Source: an uncultured delta proteobacterium
GTDB lineage: Bacteria; Desulfobacterota; Syntrophia; Syntrophales; Smithellaceae
Length of the DNA: 64,000 nucleotides
NCBI GenBank assembly: GCA_963753975.1
Contig: CAVWEH010000002.1
Coordinates: forward strand, 448,001-512,000
Direction of reading: 5' to 3'
A program made the translations under genes and the position numbers. The notes below the pieces were generated by a model that was given only the letters and a program-made list of their open reading frames with translations, had not been told where the DNA came from and did not search any database. Below are positions 20,595 to 31,027 of this stretch, piece by piece; within the stretch, counting starts at the first letter, position 1, and the number at the start of each line of letters is the position of its first letter.

Positions 20595-21566
20595 TCATTC
20601 AGATCGAACCGTTAAATGACAGGCACAAAATCTTTCATCTTCAATTTGTTTTAAGACAGGCTCTTGTTCGGAACAAATCGCTCTCTTATCAGGACAACGG
20701 TTCTGAAAATCGCAGCCGCAATCATTATCCGCCCCCGCTTCACCTTTTATTGCCATTATCCTTCCTTTTCCTGCCGGATTGCACCCGGGCAGGGCCGAGA
20801 GCAGCATCCGCGTATACGGGTGAAACGGATGCTCATAAATCTCTCTCGTTCCCGCTAATTCCACAATCCGGCCTAAATACATAACGGCAATGCGATCGGA
20901 CATATGACGAATCACATTAAGATCGTGAGAAATGAATAAATAAGTCAGGCCAAAATCCTGCTTTAAATCTTTGAGCAAATTCAGAATCTGAGCCTGAATG
21001 GACACATCCAAAGCGGAAACGGGCTCATCGGCAATAATCAATTCGGGCTTAAGAACAAGCGCCCGCGCTATTCCGATACGCTGTCTCTGTCCGCCGCTGA
21101 ACTCATGCGGATAACGATTCGCCTGTTCTTTTCCGAGACCGACTTTCCCCATCAATTCGGCCACAGCTTCCTGGCGCTCCCCTTTATTGCCGACTCGATG
21201 TATGGTTAAGGGTTCTTTGATTATGCTTGCCGCCGATTTACGGGGGTTGAGAGAGGAATATGGATCCTGAAATATTAATTGCACATTGCGGCGGTATGCT
21301 TTTAGGGTTTTTCTATCATATAAAAAAATATCTTCGCCTTTAAAATAAATATTACCGGAGGAAGGTTTTTCCAATCTGACAATCAGGCGAGCGAGAGTGG
21401 ATTTTCCACAACCGGATTCGCCGACCAGGCCCAATGTTTCTCCTTTATATATTTGCAAACTGACATTATTTACAGCGGGAATAACTCTTTTCTTGGAATT
21501 CAATATCCCGCTCTCCAAACTATATTTTTTATTTAATTTCCGAATTGCAATTAATGATGGGGTCAT
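20595..21566 (-). CDS. Oligo/dipeptide ABC ATP-binding protein (OppF/DppF-like)
   Basis: GESGCGKST, FQDPYSSLNPR, FSGGQRQRI, DEPVSALDVSIQAQ, C-terminal Cys cluster. Confidence 0.93.
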   Translation of the reverse strand: MTPSLIAIRKLNKKYSLESGILNSKKRVIPAVNNVSLQIYKGETLGLVGESGCGKSTLARLIVRLEKPSSGNIYFKGEDIFLYDRKTLKAYRRNVQLIFQDPYSSLNPRKSAASIIKEPLTIHRVGNKGERQEAVAELMGKVGLGKEQANRYPHEFSGGQRQRIGIARALVLKPELIIADEPVSALDVSIQAQILNLLKDLKQDFGLTYLFISHDLNVIRHMSDRIAVMYLGRIVELAGTREIYEHPFHPYTRMLLSALPGCNPAGKGRIMAIKGEAGADNDCGCDFQNRCPDKRAICSEQEPVLKQIEDERFCACHLTVRSE

Positions 21567-21576
21567 TTGGTATCAG

Positions 21577-22578
21577 TTAATTTGGTTTTCCTTCTTTTTG
21601 TATGTCGGATTTCCGGCACGCGACAAAATGCCCCGGCTCGATTTCATTCAGCAATGGCTCTTCTTCGCCGCAGTGCTTATCCGCATAAGAACACCTCTCA
21701 GAGAAACGACAGCCGGGAGCAAGATTGTACAAACTGGGAACAGATCCCGGAATGGTCTGGAGATATGTCCTCTGCTCTTTATCCGAGCCTGCGCACCGGG
21801 CCGGAAGCGAAGCGATCAAACCTTGGGTATAGGGGTGCGAGGGCTTTATGAAAATTTGTTCGACAGTCGCACTCTCGACGATTTTACCGGCATACATTAC
21901 CGCAATCTTCCGGGCCTCCTGAGAAATAACGCCCAGATCATGCGAAATCAAGACAACCGTCATTTGATTTTTTTTCTTGAGCTCGGAAATCAGATTCAAA
22001 ATTTGCGCCTGGATAGTAACATCGAGCGCAGTGGTGGGTTCATCGGCTAAAAGCAGCCGGGGATGGCAGGACATGGCCATCGCTATCATTACCCGCTGGC
22101 GCATCCCGCCGCTCAACTGATGCGGGTAATCTTGCGCCCGCTTTTCCGGATCGGGAATTCCTACTTCCCGCAATTGCTCGCGAGCCAGCGCCAGGGCATC
22201 TTTTGCCGGAAGGTTTCTATGCAGTCGGACAGCTTCGGCGATTTGTTCTCCGACACGAAATACCGGGTTTAGTGAAGTCATTGGTTCCTGAAAGATCATG
22301 GCAATTTCGCTGCCGCGTTTGGCGCGCATTTCTTCAGAGGACAGTGCTAATAAATCCCCGCCGGAAAATAACACCTGGCCATTAATGATTTTGCCGTTTG
22401 TGGGGAGGAGGCGCATAATAGAAAGAGCGAGCATTGTTTTTCCACAGCCGGATTCGCCGACAATCCCCAGCGTTTCGCCGGAATCAATGCTTAACGATAC
22501 TCCATCAACAGCTTTAATTCTTCCCCGGGCGGTATCAAATATCGTCACTAAATCTTTTATTTGCAAAAGCGGCGCCAT
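21577..22578 (-). CDS. Oligo/dipeptide ABC ATP-binding protein (OppD/DppD-like)
   Basis: [47 protein letters not shown] at 22578. Confidence 0.93.
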   Translation of the reverse strand: MAPLLQIKDLVTIFDTARGRIKAVDGVSLSIDSGETLGIVGESGCGKTMLALSIMRLLPTNGKIINGQVLFSGGDLLALSSEEMRAKRGSEIAMIFQEPMTSLNPVFRVGEQIAEAVRLHRNLPAKDALALAREQLREVGIPDPEKRAQDYPHQLSGGMRQRVMIAMAMSCHPRLLLADEPTTALDVTIQAQILNLISELKKKNQMTVVLISHDLGVISQEARKIAVMYAGKIVESATVEQIFIKPSHPYTQGLIASLPARCAGSDKEQRTYLQTIPGSVPSLYNLAPGCRFSERCSYADKHCGEEEPLLNEIEPGHFVACRKSDIQKEGKPN

Positions 22579-22582
22579 AGAT

Positions 22583-24082
22583 TTAATTTCCGGCGCGATT
22601 GCACAAAAATTCAACCAGCAACCGTACAGCAACTCCCGATGCCCCTTTGGGGATGTAATCTTTATCCTTATCGGTCCAGGCCGGGCCGGCGATATCCAAA
22701 TGCACCCAGGGAAAATCTCCCACAAATTTGCTTAAAAACGCCGCGGCGGTGATTGTACCGGCTGCGCGTCCGCCGCTGTTTTTATAATCGGCAATATCGC
22801 TTTTGATTTGCTCATGATATTTTTCCCACAAAGGCAGTTCCCAAACAAGTTCGCCGGTCGTTTGGGCGGCCTTATTTATTTCACTTTTGAGCTGATCATT
22901 GGTGCCCAGCATACCGATTACATCATCTCCCAGCGCAATGATACAGGCACCGGTAAGAGTGGCAACATCAATAATCGCCGCCGGCTTATATTGGGAAGCG
23001 TAGGCCAGCGCGTCGGCTAAAATCAGCCGGCCTTCGGCGTCGGTATTGATAACTTCAATAGTTTTCCCGGAATATGATTTCAAAATATCGCCCGGTTTAT
23101 AAGCCGTACCGCTGGGCATATTTTCCGTGGCCGGAATAAGCCCGACAATGTTGAGCGGCAATTGCAAATCAGAGGCGGCCATAATTGTGCCCATTACCGC
23201 GGCTCCGCCGGACATATCCGATTTCATTTCGTCCATCTTCTCGGCGGGCTTGAGGCAAATTCCTCCGCTATCGAAAGTCAATCCTTTGCCCACCAGCGCA
23301 ATGGGCGCTACGTTTTTTTTGCCGCCGGTATATTCCAGGATAATGAATTTTGGTTCCTGATTGCTTCCGGAGGCTACTCCCAGCAGAGAATTCATCCCCA
23401 GCTCTTTCATTTTGACTTTATCCAACACTTTGCAGGAAACATTTTTCCGAGCGGCAATTCCTTGCGCCTTTTTCGCGAGAACTGTCGGCGTCATTTCGTT
23501 TCCCGGGGCGGAAACCAGGTCGCGCGTAAAATATACGGCTTCGGTAATCACCTGTGTTTTTTTAATTGTGGCCGCGATCAGAGAATAATCTTTTTCTTCG
23601 GCGATAATATTCAATTGTTCCATACTTTTTAAATCGTCGCGATCAACAGTTTTGAAAGGCGTGTATTGATAAAGCCCTAAAAGGGCTCCTTCTGCTACGG
23701 CTTGCGCAATTTTATCTTTGGCGTGGGGAATAAGATTCCAATCAATGGAAGTTGCCGCCTCTTTGATGTTTATACTGCGTAAATGCTGCATTACTCTGGC
23801 CAAGGCGATACGAAGTTTTTCCAGATTAAATTCGCCTTGTTTGCCTAAGCCAACCAGGGCGATTCTTTTTGCCGGGAGCATTTCTCTGGTATAGATTACG
23901 GATATTTGGGAGGGTTTGGCCTCAAAATCATGGTTAGCAATCAATTCGCTGATTAATCCGCCGGTTTTTTGATCAATCTGCAACGCGTTGCCGGTCAATT
24001 TCTTTTGGTCTTCAAACAACGCTAAAATAATGGCCTGACTTTTTGTTTCAGCAAGCTTCCCCTTCTGGACAGATATTTTCAC
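22583..24082 (-). CDS. pepA: Leucyl aminopeptidase (M17)
   Basis: VGKGLTFDSGG, MKSDMSG, NTDAEGRL, HLDIAG; GTG start after AGGAGG. Confidence 0.96.
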   Translation of the reverse strand: MKISVQKGKLAETKSQAIILALFEDQKKLTGNALQIDQKTGGLISELIANHDFEAKPSQISVIYTREMLPAKRIALVGLGKQGEFNLEKLRIALARVMQHLRSINIKEAATSIDWNLIPHAKDKIAQAVAEGALLGLYQYTPFKTVDRDDLKSMEQLNIIAEEKDYSLIAATIKKTQVITEAVYFTRDLVSAPGNEMTPTVLAKKAQGIAARKNVSCKVLDKVKMKELGMNSLLGVASGSNQEPKFIILEYTGGKKNVAPIALVGKGLTFDSGGICLKPAEKMDEMKSDMSGGAAVMGTIMAASDLQLPLNIVGLIPATENMPSGTAYKPGDILKSYSGKTIEVINTDAEGRLILADALAYASQYKPAAIIDVATLTGACIIALGDDVIGMLGTNDQLKSEINKAAQTTGELVWELPLWEKYHEQIKSDIADYKNSGGRAAGTITAAAFLSKFVGDFPWVHLDIAGPAWTDKDKDYIPKGASGVAVRLLVEFLCNRAGN

Positions 24083-24140
24083 CTCGATCCTCCTCATTTG
24101 TTCCCGTAAAAAGGTTTAGTTATTAAATATATCTTTGCGG

Positions 24141-24168
24141 AAGATAGCATATAGCCCTAAAAAGTCAA
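24141..24168 (-). promoter_or_regulatory. Putative sigma70 promoter of pepA-dppDF
   Basis: Minus strand TTGACT, 16 bp, TG-C-TATCTT. Confidence 0.45.
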
Positions 24169-24295
24169 TCCCGCAGCTGGGAATCCGCCAGCTCCGGCCG
24201 CAATGGGAAAACTCCGTGAGTCGCGGGAGATCGCATTAATTTTTAGGGAGCCACCGGCTCCTGCTCGGAGGGGGCTCCACTGATCGGACGGCACC

Positions 24296-24515
24296 CACGG
24301 GTATGAAGTCCAAGGCAAGCTTTGGACCCGAACTTCATCCCAAGGAAAGGGATATTATCCCCTTGCTCATGAGTGACAATTCGGATAATAAATTCTGATA
24401 CATTTTTTTCGGAATTTGAGTCTCATACCCTCCGCTTTGCGGGATTGTTCAACTTGCCAATTTCGACGTGTGACCTTTAGGTTATGCGCTTCGCTTTCGG
24501 AATTGGAGTTTCACG
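24296..24515. repeat. Family B hairpin followed by a degenerate family A unit
   Basis: CACGGGTATGAAGTCCAAGGCAAGCTTTGGAC; GAGTCTCAT; CCAATTTCGA-..GTGACCTTTAGGTTATGCGCTTCGC..-TCGGAATTGG. Confidence 0.65.
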
Positions 24516-24544
24516 AATGAAAAATCGAGGAAATATGTTGGTAT

Positions 24545-25444
24545 TTACTGCAAGGTTATAGCGTTGCGGCGCAGGCAGGCGCTAATGTTTTTCTCATTAG
24601 TCTTTAAAATGAATTTCAGGTAATTGATGTTTTTTTCTATCGCTTCGGCATAAAGATTTCTTTCGATGTTCCATCTTTCCCGGAAATGATTAACCATATG
24701 CCGATTGACGTTGCCCAAATCTTTCTCCAGGCGGGTCTTGGTAATATAATAAAAATTGGTGGTTTTTTTCAAAAGATCAAACTCGTCTTGAAAACCGGGA
24801 ACTTTGCCTTCCTCAAATTCATGAAAGAGGGGAATCAGTTTTTCCAGATAAAGCCTGTCGGCCATCTGCCCCAGCAAGTCCGCCGTTCCGAGAATCTTGC
24901 CGATAATCTCTATATTGGCCGAGGAAAAAGTAATTTTCTTAATGTCTATGCTTAGACCGGTGCAATTCAATATGTCCGCAAAGTTCTCTAAATCGCCCCG
25001 AAAATACTTTTCCTGTGCGTAATAGTCCTGTACAAACATTATGCTTCTTTTGATGTGCACAAGAGTGTATTTGGCGCCGGTGCCGGCATTATCATCTTCC
25101 GGTTGAATATAGCCAGTATCGTGCATCAGCGCGCTGATCAAGCCCAGATTTATTTCCTTATCCGTAAACTTTATCCCCTGCAAGGAAGCGCCGTGAATCA
25201 GACGCGCCATGGCCAGAAGAACCTGCATGGTGTGCCGGACGTCATGGTAACCAGTGTTGCATGAGCGATATCCGGGATAATGCCCGCGAAATAATCTTTC
25301 TACATCGCGGAAAGCCCGGTCAAAATATTGAAAATCAAACTGAGGATTAATCAAAGAGGTAATAAACTTAACCTCTCTGATAATCGCGTTATTGTCGCGA
25401 ATATCCAAAAGTTTAATCTTCAAAGAATTATCGTCATTCATCAC
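24545..25444 (-). CDS. HD-domain metal-dependent phosphohydrolase, function unknown
   Basis: YHD..HT, LMHDTGY, ADLLGQMAD. Confidence 0.75.
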   Translation of the reverse strand: MMNDDNSLKIKLLDIRDNNAIIREVKFITSLINPQFDFQYFDRAFRDVERLFRGHYPGYRSCNTGYHDVRHTMQVLLAMARLIHGASLQGIKFTDKEINLGLISALMHDTGYIQPEDDNAGTGAKYTLVHIKRSIMFVQDYYAQEKYFRGDLENFADILNCTGLSIDIKKITFSSANIEIIGKILGTADLLGQMADRLYLEKLIPLFHEFEEGKVPGFQDEFDLLKKTTNFYYITKTRLEKDLGNVNRHMVNHFRERWNIERNLYAEAIEKNINYLKFILKTNEKNISACLRRNAITLQ

Positions 25445-25590
25445 TATTGATAGATTTCCTAACGGTATTTATAGAGCTAAACTCCAGCTGCTTGTCCGAC
25501 AACACAACCCGATACATAACCTAATACACTAAAGAGCACGCAAGGTCATACGTGCCTGGACAGGCCGGTGAAATCCAGTCCTAACTTTCC

Positions 25591-25623
25591 CTGTCCTTCT
25601 CCGGCAAAACCGGAGAAGGACAG
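25591..25623. terminator. Perfect 14-bp inverted repeat downstream of the adhesin gene (terminator or stabiliser)
   Basis: CTGTCCTTCTCCGG-CAAAA-CCGGAGAAGGACAG; no clear U-tract. Confidence 0.5.
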
Positions 25624-25701
25624 AAGACCATAAATTTTCCATATCAGCTTTTGTAAACCCGGCAACGACAAGCAATACTCTCTACTCCTTTTGTCTTTTG
25701 C

Positions 25702-27740
25702 TTAACGGTCACTGACGGTATCATTTGCACCGTTGTAGTAAACCGAACAATTGCCGTTACCGCCATTGGCGACAATATCGACGTTCATCGCCGCCGTGTA
25801 GTCAATAGAACCTAGCGCAGTGCCGCAACTACCGTTGGTCGTGTTATACCTGGTTACTGTTTCGCCCGGAGCCAGTCGATAGGTATTGGTTGTAATTTGA
25901 CCGCCGCTAGCTACTTGCCGGCACCCTGATCCGGTAACTCTAAAGTCACGCGTGCCGCCGGTATTATTATACACTGTATAATTCACGCAGCCGACATAGT
26001 AAGTAGCCGAGCAGGTACTGCTGCCGTTGGCATTGGTGACCGTCAGCGTATCGGTTATCGCTCCGGCAGTGGTCTGAGTTGCCGTTATGCAGGAGCCACC
26101 GGTGGAATTGGTAAAGGTTGTGCATGCTCCGAGCCGCGTACCCGTAAAACTGCCATTGGCAGGACCGTTGGCAATCGTCCAGGTAAGGGTCGGTGTGGCG
26201 TTATAGGGCACGATGTTCGCGCTGGCCATAAGCGTACAGGTCGGCGGACCGGCGGCCTGAGTCACTGTAAATATCTGACCGCCGATGGTTATCGTGCCGG
26301 TTCTTGCTGCGCCGGTATTGGCGGCAATGCTGTAGGTCACCGTTCCGGGGCCGGTGCCGCTGGCGCCGCCGGTAACCGTAATCCAGGAGTTGTTGCTCAC
26401 TGCCGTCCAGGCGCACGAGGCGGAAGCTGTCGTTACAGCGACGGTTTGACCGGCGGCGGCGCTATAGGTATACGATGCGCTGGTAGGATTGATCGAACTA
26501 GGGGGAAAATAAAAAACAAAGTTATTAATCTGAATATTTTCTGTCGCACCTCCGGTGCCTACAGTGAAACCGAAAAGAATATTATTGAAAAGTGTATTGA
26601 GCGCCGCATTTAGTATTTGTGTCCTATCTATTTTCGGCAGGTAACTACTATTATTATAGGGATTAAAAACATCCTGGAAATAAACATATTCACTAACGGG
26701 ACAAGCGGTGCAGGGTGTAGCTGTACACGATTCACAATCAACCCAGGCTTTCATTTCATAGGAATAAGTGGCTGGTATTCGGATAACTTCAATGCGGACA
26801 CGATGGGTTTGGTTGTCTTCCAGCCAGTTGTATGTGGACGTACCTTTGGCCCGTTCGTAATAGCCGCCCAATCCGGATCCATTTCCAGTGGATGCTGAAT
26901 TATAGGGAGATGCAGTAGTCCCCGCGCCGGCGCCATGGATGTTGTCATCGAAACTGGCCTGAGGAAAGCAGGTGGGGCACGGGCCCGTTGGGCACGCAGT
27001 GGAGCCCGTTGCACACATAGTGGTCGCGGCTGGATTGGCACCCCAAAACAGCACCGCAATATGATTATTAGCAGTATCATTTCTGCCGCCGCTGCAGCCG
27101 TTATCTGTCATGACGGTGGTATTCGCATAGGTGTCGAATTCCAGCGCCATTTTGGGAGGTTGCAAACCTAGTCCATCCAGGGGTGGCGGTGTTGGGTGGG
27201 GTGAGTCTGATGAAGCGGCCGTATTACCCGGTCCCGCATAGCCATTTAATTCACCCATGTTGACTGTTGCGTTAGGGGAACCGCCTCTAAAAGTTATATT
27301 ATTATTGGAAGCATTAATTATGGTGAAATTAAAGCCGTCGCCATAGGTACCGGCACTATCCGGTGTAGTGATTATGAATTCAAAATAAGCCCGAAAACCA
27401 AGGCCAAAAGGGCATACTCCATTAGTGCAGGCGTTACAAGTACCGGTAGTTGTTCCGCCGTACCAGATAGCGCCCGAGCCACCGCTAACATTGTTCCCCA
27501 GGACTATGGTCCCCGTGTTTGGATCAACTGTAATTGCAGAGGAGTAGGGGTAGGGGGATTTGCATTAACAATCGGCGGAAAGGCTGAACCGCCCGGCGGT
27601 GTAAATGGTGGACCACCCGCCGACACCTGAATATTTCTATCCCAGGTATACGCAGTAATCGTTTTCTGCGCTGCCGGTAAAGTTGCCGGTAAATTAAGAA
27701 TAATTAATAAAGTAATAAAAATAATAGTTATCTTTTTCAT
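25702..27740 (-). CDS. Secreted L-type lectin + BACON + Cys/Thr-rich repeat protein (MshQ-like adhesin); frameshift near 27540
   Basis: AGGAGG RBS and signal peptide at 27740; shifted frame reads GAIWY..GDGFNFTI..GYAG..ALEFDTY.N..NHIA (legume-lectin motifs); CAWTAVSNNSWITVT..GTVTYSIAANTGAARTGTITI..FTVTQ (BACON). Confidence 0.75.
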
Positions 27741-27773
27741 ACTTTCCTCCTGAAAGCGTTGTTTTTCAACTTT

Positions 27774-28764
27774 CTACTGGCCGTAAGTTGACGCTGATCT
27801 AAAGCCTACGCTCTTTCCCACGTATATTTGTGTTACTCCACTGATAGCAGTTAAAGGCCATTGCGGGTTCGGGAGTGTCGCGCCGGCAATGGGCTGGATG
27901 TTAGTTAATCTAACCGTATGCTGGTGTGGAAGTATCGCGCAAATCATAAGAATACTGAGACCATATAGCAGCGTTCAACACAAATATAGTCCCTTTTTGG
28001 GGAGGAAATATTTTTGCCGTAAGATCATTAGTATCCGCTGAATCCAAAGTCAGATATCAGGTCGCCTCCCTGACTGACAGTTTGCGGCGTGGAAGTATAG
28101 GTATTATTACCTATATAAAATTCATCACCCGCGTAAATTTGGTTCGGTGCAACCGGGAACGACGGAATTGAGAAAGTAACCGGTGTGCCGCCACTGGCAG
28201 CGTTAAAAGCGTATGGACAGGTGAAACAGTGGTATAAGAAACGAAAGTGGTAGTGGGATCGCCTACCCATGCCGAAGGTCTGCCTGCACGTACATCCTCT
28301 ATTTTAAGAAGACCGGTGGCGGGGAAAGTTATTGCCGTGGTACCGGTATCATCTATGGGCGGTACAGCGCCGGGTAAGTAAAGAGTTATCGAACTTGTCG
28401 GCACTGGTATAGCGGCAGGAGCATATAACCAGTAAGGATAAATTTGTATTTGAATAGTGCTGACGTTGTCCGGCATTGTAAATGTTTGGTTGTGAAGATT
28501 AGCCAATTTATTATCAGCAACTGTAGTACTTGTGTGGAGAGCAGCCTTGTATTCACTGGCCGCAATCCTTATGCCCGATTCCGCTAAATAAAATGCCTTC
28601 GCTGCCCTCTGGGCGATAACCTGATTTAAAGTAGCGGTGAATGTCAGTGCATACAGTGCAATGCCGAGAACAGCTATGACGAGCATCGCAATGATGATAA
28701 TTAATAAAGCGGCGCCCGCTTGTTTTCTTCTTCCGGCAATGTATTTCATTTTAAATTGATTCAT
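27774..28764 (-). CDS. PilX/MshP-like minor pilin; about 3 frameshifts
   Basis: KQAG-AALLIIIIAMLVIAVLG without Glu5, AFYLAESG; frame can be followed via 28028..28270 to ...FRSASTYGQ-TAG at 27774. Confidence 0.7.
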
Positions 28765-28779
28765 ATATTTTAATTTTTT

Positions 28780-29394
28780 TTAGTTGAGCTGCGGTGCATT
28801 GGGAACACCGTTTGCCCGGGGATTTATCGTACCTTTGTAATCTAAATGATTGCCGCTGCTCAAAATATCCAGAGAAATCCAGACTTGTATTGTTCCCAGA
28901 TAATTTGCATTGCCATTACTATTGCCAAATCCATCTGCTGTACTCCAGGCCGCTGTTCCAGTTGATCGAAAATAGCTAAGGAAAGGATTGCCGCCGTTAT
29001 TGGCGGTTAATCCATTAATTAAAACTTGTGCCGCTACTACCGGATTTGTTCCCTCCAGTGTTATTTGATTGCTGGTATTGTCTCTCTTAATACTATACTG
29101 ACACCCTGCCGGTAAGGCCACGGTGCACGATGGCACTGTTTTTTGGGTCAGTGTATAATCAATTCGATCGGCAGAAGCGAATGTTACGGCCGTAATATCG
29201 GTAATCTCTCTATTGATACGCGCCATCGCCAACTGTGCTTTTTGCGATACTTGGTCGGCATCACGGGCAAAAACAAAACTTTGCACGCCATAAATGATGG
29301 CGCTGCTTAAAACAACTGCCATAATGCCTAGAATTATAAGGACTACGATTATTTCAATTAGTGTAAAGCCCCATTCGCCCTTTAATTGTTTCAT
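28780..29394 (-). CDS. Minor pilin (MshO/PilW-like)
   Basis: G-FTLIE class III signal, AQLAMARINREI. Confidence 0.85.
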   Translation of the reverse strand: MKQLKGEWGFTLIEIIVVLIILGIMAVVLSSAIIYGVQSFVFARDADQVSQKAQLAMARINREITDITAVTFASADRIDYTLTQKTVPSCTVALPAGCQYSIKRDNTSNQITLEGTNPVVAAQVLINGLTANNGGNPFLSYFRSTGTAAWSTADGFGNSNGNANYLGTIQVWISLDILSSGNHLDYKGTINPRANGVPNAPQLN

Positions 29395-29401
29395 TTCTCA
29401 C

Positions 29402-29796
29402 CTATGGCGTAAATATACTCTGTAGTGTTTGCTGCCCATCGGTCAAAGTTACCAGAAGGACATTTTGCGTTGTAAAAGTTCCGTCGTTGCTTTTCAGTGT
29501 AAAAGTACACATGTATTGGCGGCATCAACAAAGTCCTGTCCGTCAACATTTCCTGTTTTAAAGGCACCACATAAATCAGTTATTGTGCCGCCACCTGTTT
29601 GCAGCGCCTGCCGATAATTACTGGTTATAATTTCCATTTGCTGAATGATCTTATACTGATTGTTTACTAAACCGGCGGCGGCAGGGCTTTGCGTAAATGA
29701 TTTACCCATATAAGAGGCAAAAAGCGCCGCGGCTACAGCCACAATAGTAATAATTACAATGACTTCAATAAGAGTAAAACCTCGGCTTCGCTTCAT
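29402..29796 (-). CDS. Minor pilin (MshD/PilV-like); frameshift near 29507
   Basis: RG-FTLIEV; shifted frame continues TFTLKSNDGTFTTQNVLLVTLTDGQQTLQSIFTP-TAG. Confidence 0.78.
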
Positions 29797-30332
29797 TGTA
29801 TGTATCCTGTTAATGGCGTTATAGTTACGGCAATGTTAGGAGTAGCCGCATTAAGTGGCTGTACATTAATTATCGCAGGATTGGTATCGCTCACAGGTGT
29901 ATTATTTGTCGCGCTGACGTAGGCAGTGTAGGGAATCCCGCGATTATCGAAATAAATAGTAAAATTAGCAGTAAACTTAATTTGTTTTGTAGTAAGATTT
30001 ATAGTTCTATCGGGGTTAATGTACGTATCGTTTTCCGGCAGTCGTATATAGCTAGCAGGGTTTGCAGCGTTTGTTCCTTGAAAGAGCCAATAGCTACTGC
30101 CGTTGCTACTTATTCCCCAGATAGTTATACCGGCTTGGGGGTTTGAATTCATGGCTAATGTCTGGGCATAACGCAGATGTGATTTTAATACATCTGCGCC
30201 CCCATATACCTCGGCATCGTAATTGACGGAACGACTGACGGCAATAACTGCCAAAATGCCCAGCACGACCAGAATCGCGATAATCTCCAAAAGCGTAAAG
30301 CCTTTTTGTGTTATCTTAAAAATTTTCTGCAA
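29793..30332 (-). CDS. Minor pilin (MshC/FimT-like)
   Basis: KG-FTLLEIIA, LRYAQTLAM, IYFDNRGIP, ITPLTGYI. Confidence 0.85.
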   Translation of the reverse strand: MQKIFKITQKGFTLLEIIAILVVLGILAVIAVSRSVNYDAEVYGGADVLKSHLRYAQTLAMNSNPQAGITIWGISSNGSSYWLFQGTNAANPASYIRLPENDTYINPDRTINLTTKQIKFTANFTIYFDNRGIPYTAYVSATNNTPVSDTNPAIINVQPLNAATPNIAVTITPLTGYIQ

Positions 30333-30936
30333 AGTCGCTCCCCATAGTTAATAAACCTGATTTTATAAAATTCTGGATAGAACTTATTAATAAAATACCC
30401 AAGACGATGGCCAGTGTCGTGAAGCCAAGGGTGAAGGCTAAAGCCACCGGGAAAACAAGTATAAATTCCATAATGGCAGCGTTTAAGGCAATAAAAACCG
30501 TATGCGCGATAATTCCATACTGGGCAAAGATTATCGTTCGTGGTTTTTGTGATACCATTACCGCCATAGATATTATTAAAATAGCGCTCAAAATAGATAA
30601 ATAAGGCTGAACTCGTAACCACACATTAATATTGCTATGAATAAGGATATCTTCCATGCCCCAAATGACAAATAATCCCGTGAGCAAATAAAATAATCCG
30701 ATAATAAATAGGAGAAAGCTGCATTGCTTAGGAGACATAATTTTACCGGAAAGAAGGCCGACCGCATCAGAGCTGAGCTCACGAGGCTGGAATAAAAAGC
30801 GGTTAAATTTATACATGGCCCCACCTTCCACTTTCTTAACGCCAACCATTACTTGAGTGACTAAATTATCCGGTGGTTTAATTATTTTTTGACTCTCTAT
30901 TTTTTCCATCATATCGGCGAACTTTTCCATATTCAT
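30316..30936 (-). CDS. Four-TM membrane protein, candidate anti-sigma factor
   Basis: Soluble N-terminus with KPPDNLVTQVM, then four hydrophobic helices; directly downstream of an ECF sigma. Confidence 0.55.
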   Translation of the reverse strand: MNMEKFADMMEKIESQKIIKPPDNLVTQVMVGVKKVEGGAMYKFNRFLFQPRELSSDAVGLLSGKIMSPKQCSFLLFIIGLFYLLTGLFVIWGMEDILIHSNINVWLRVQPYLSILSAILIISMAVMVSQKPRTIIFAQYGIIAHTVFIALNAAIMEFILVFPVALAFTLGFTTLAIVLGILLISSIQNFIKSGLLTMGSDFAENF

Positions 30937-31027
30937 ATTTTATCCTGAAATCTATTCCATTAAGATATACATATTTCAGCGGTAAATAGTCACAAAATAT
31001 TCTTTGCATCCTTTACCTCTACCTAAC

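Noticed and set aside
21397..22050. 217-aa plus-strand ORF and similar antisense ORFs (e.g. 3441..4085, 8241..8885, 1787..2353)
   Set aside because: Shadow frames of well-conserved genes on the opposite strand, with no motifs of their own
24450..24515. Integron attC sites
   Set aside because: No paired RYYYAAC / GTTRRRY ends, flanking genes are housekeeping rather than cassettes, and no integrase is present
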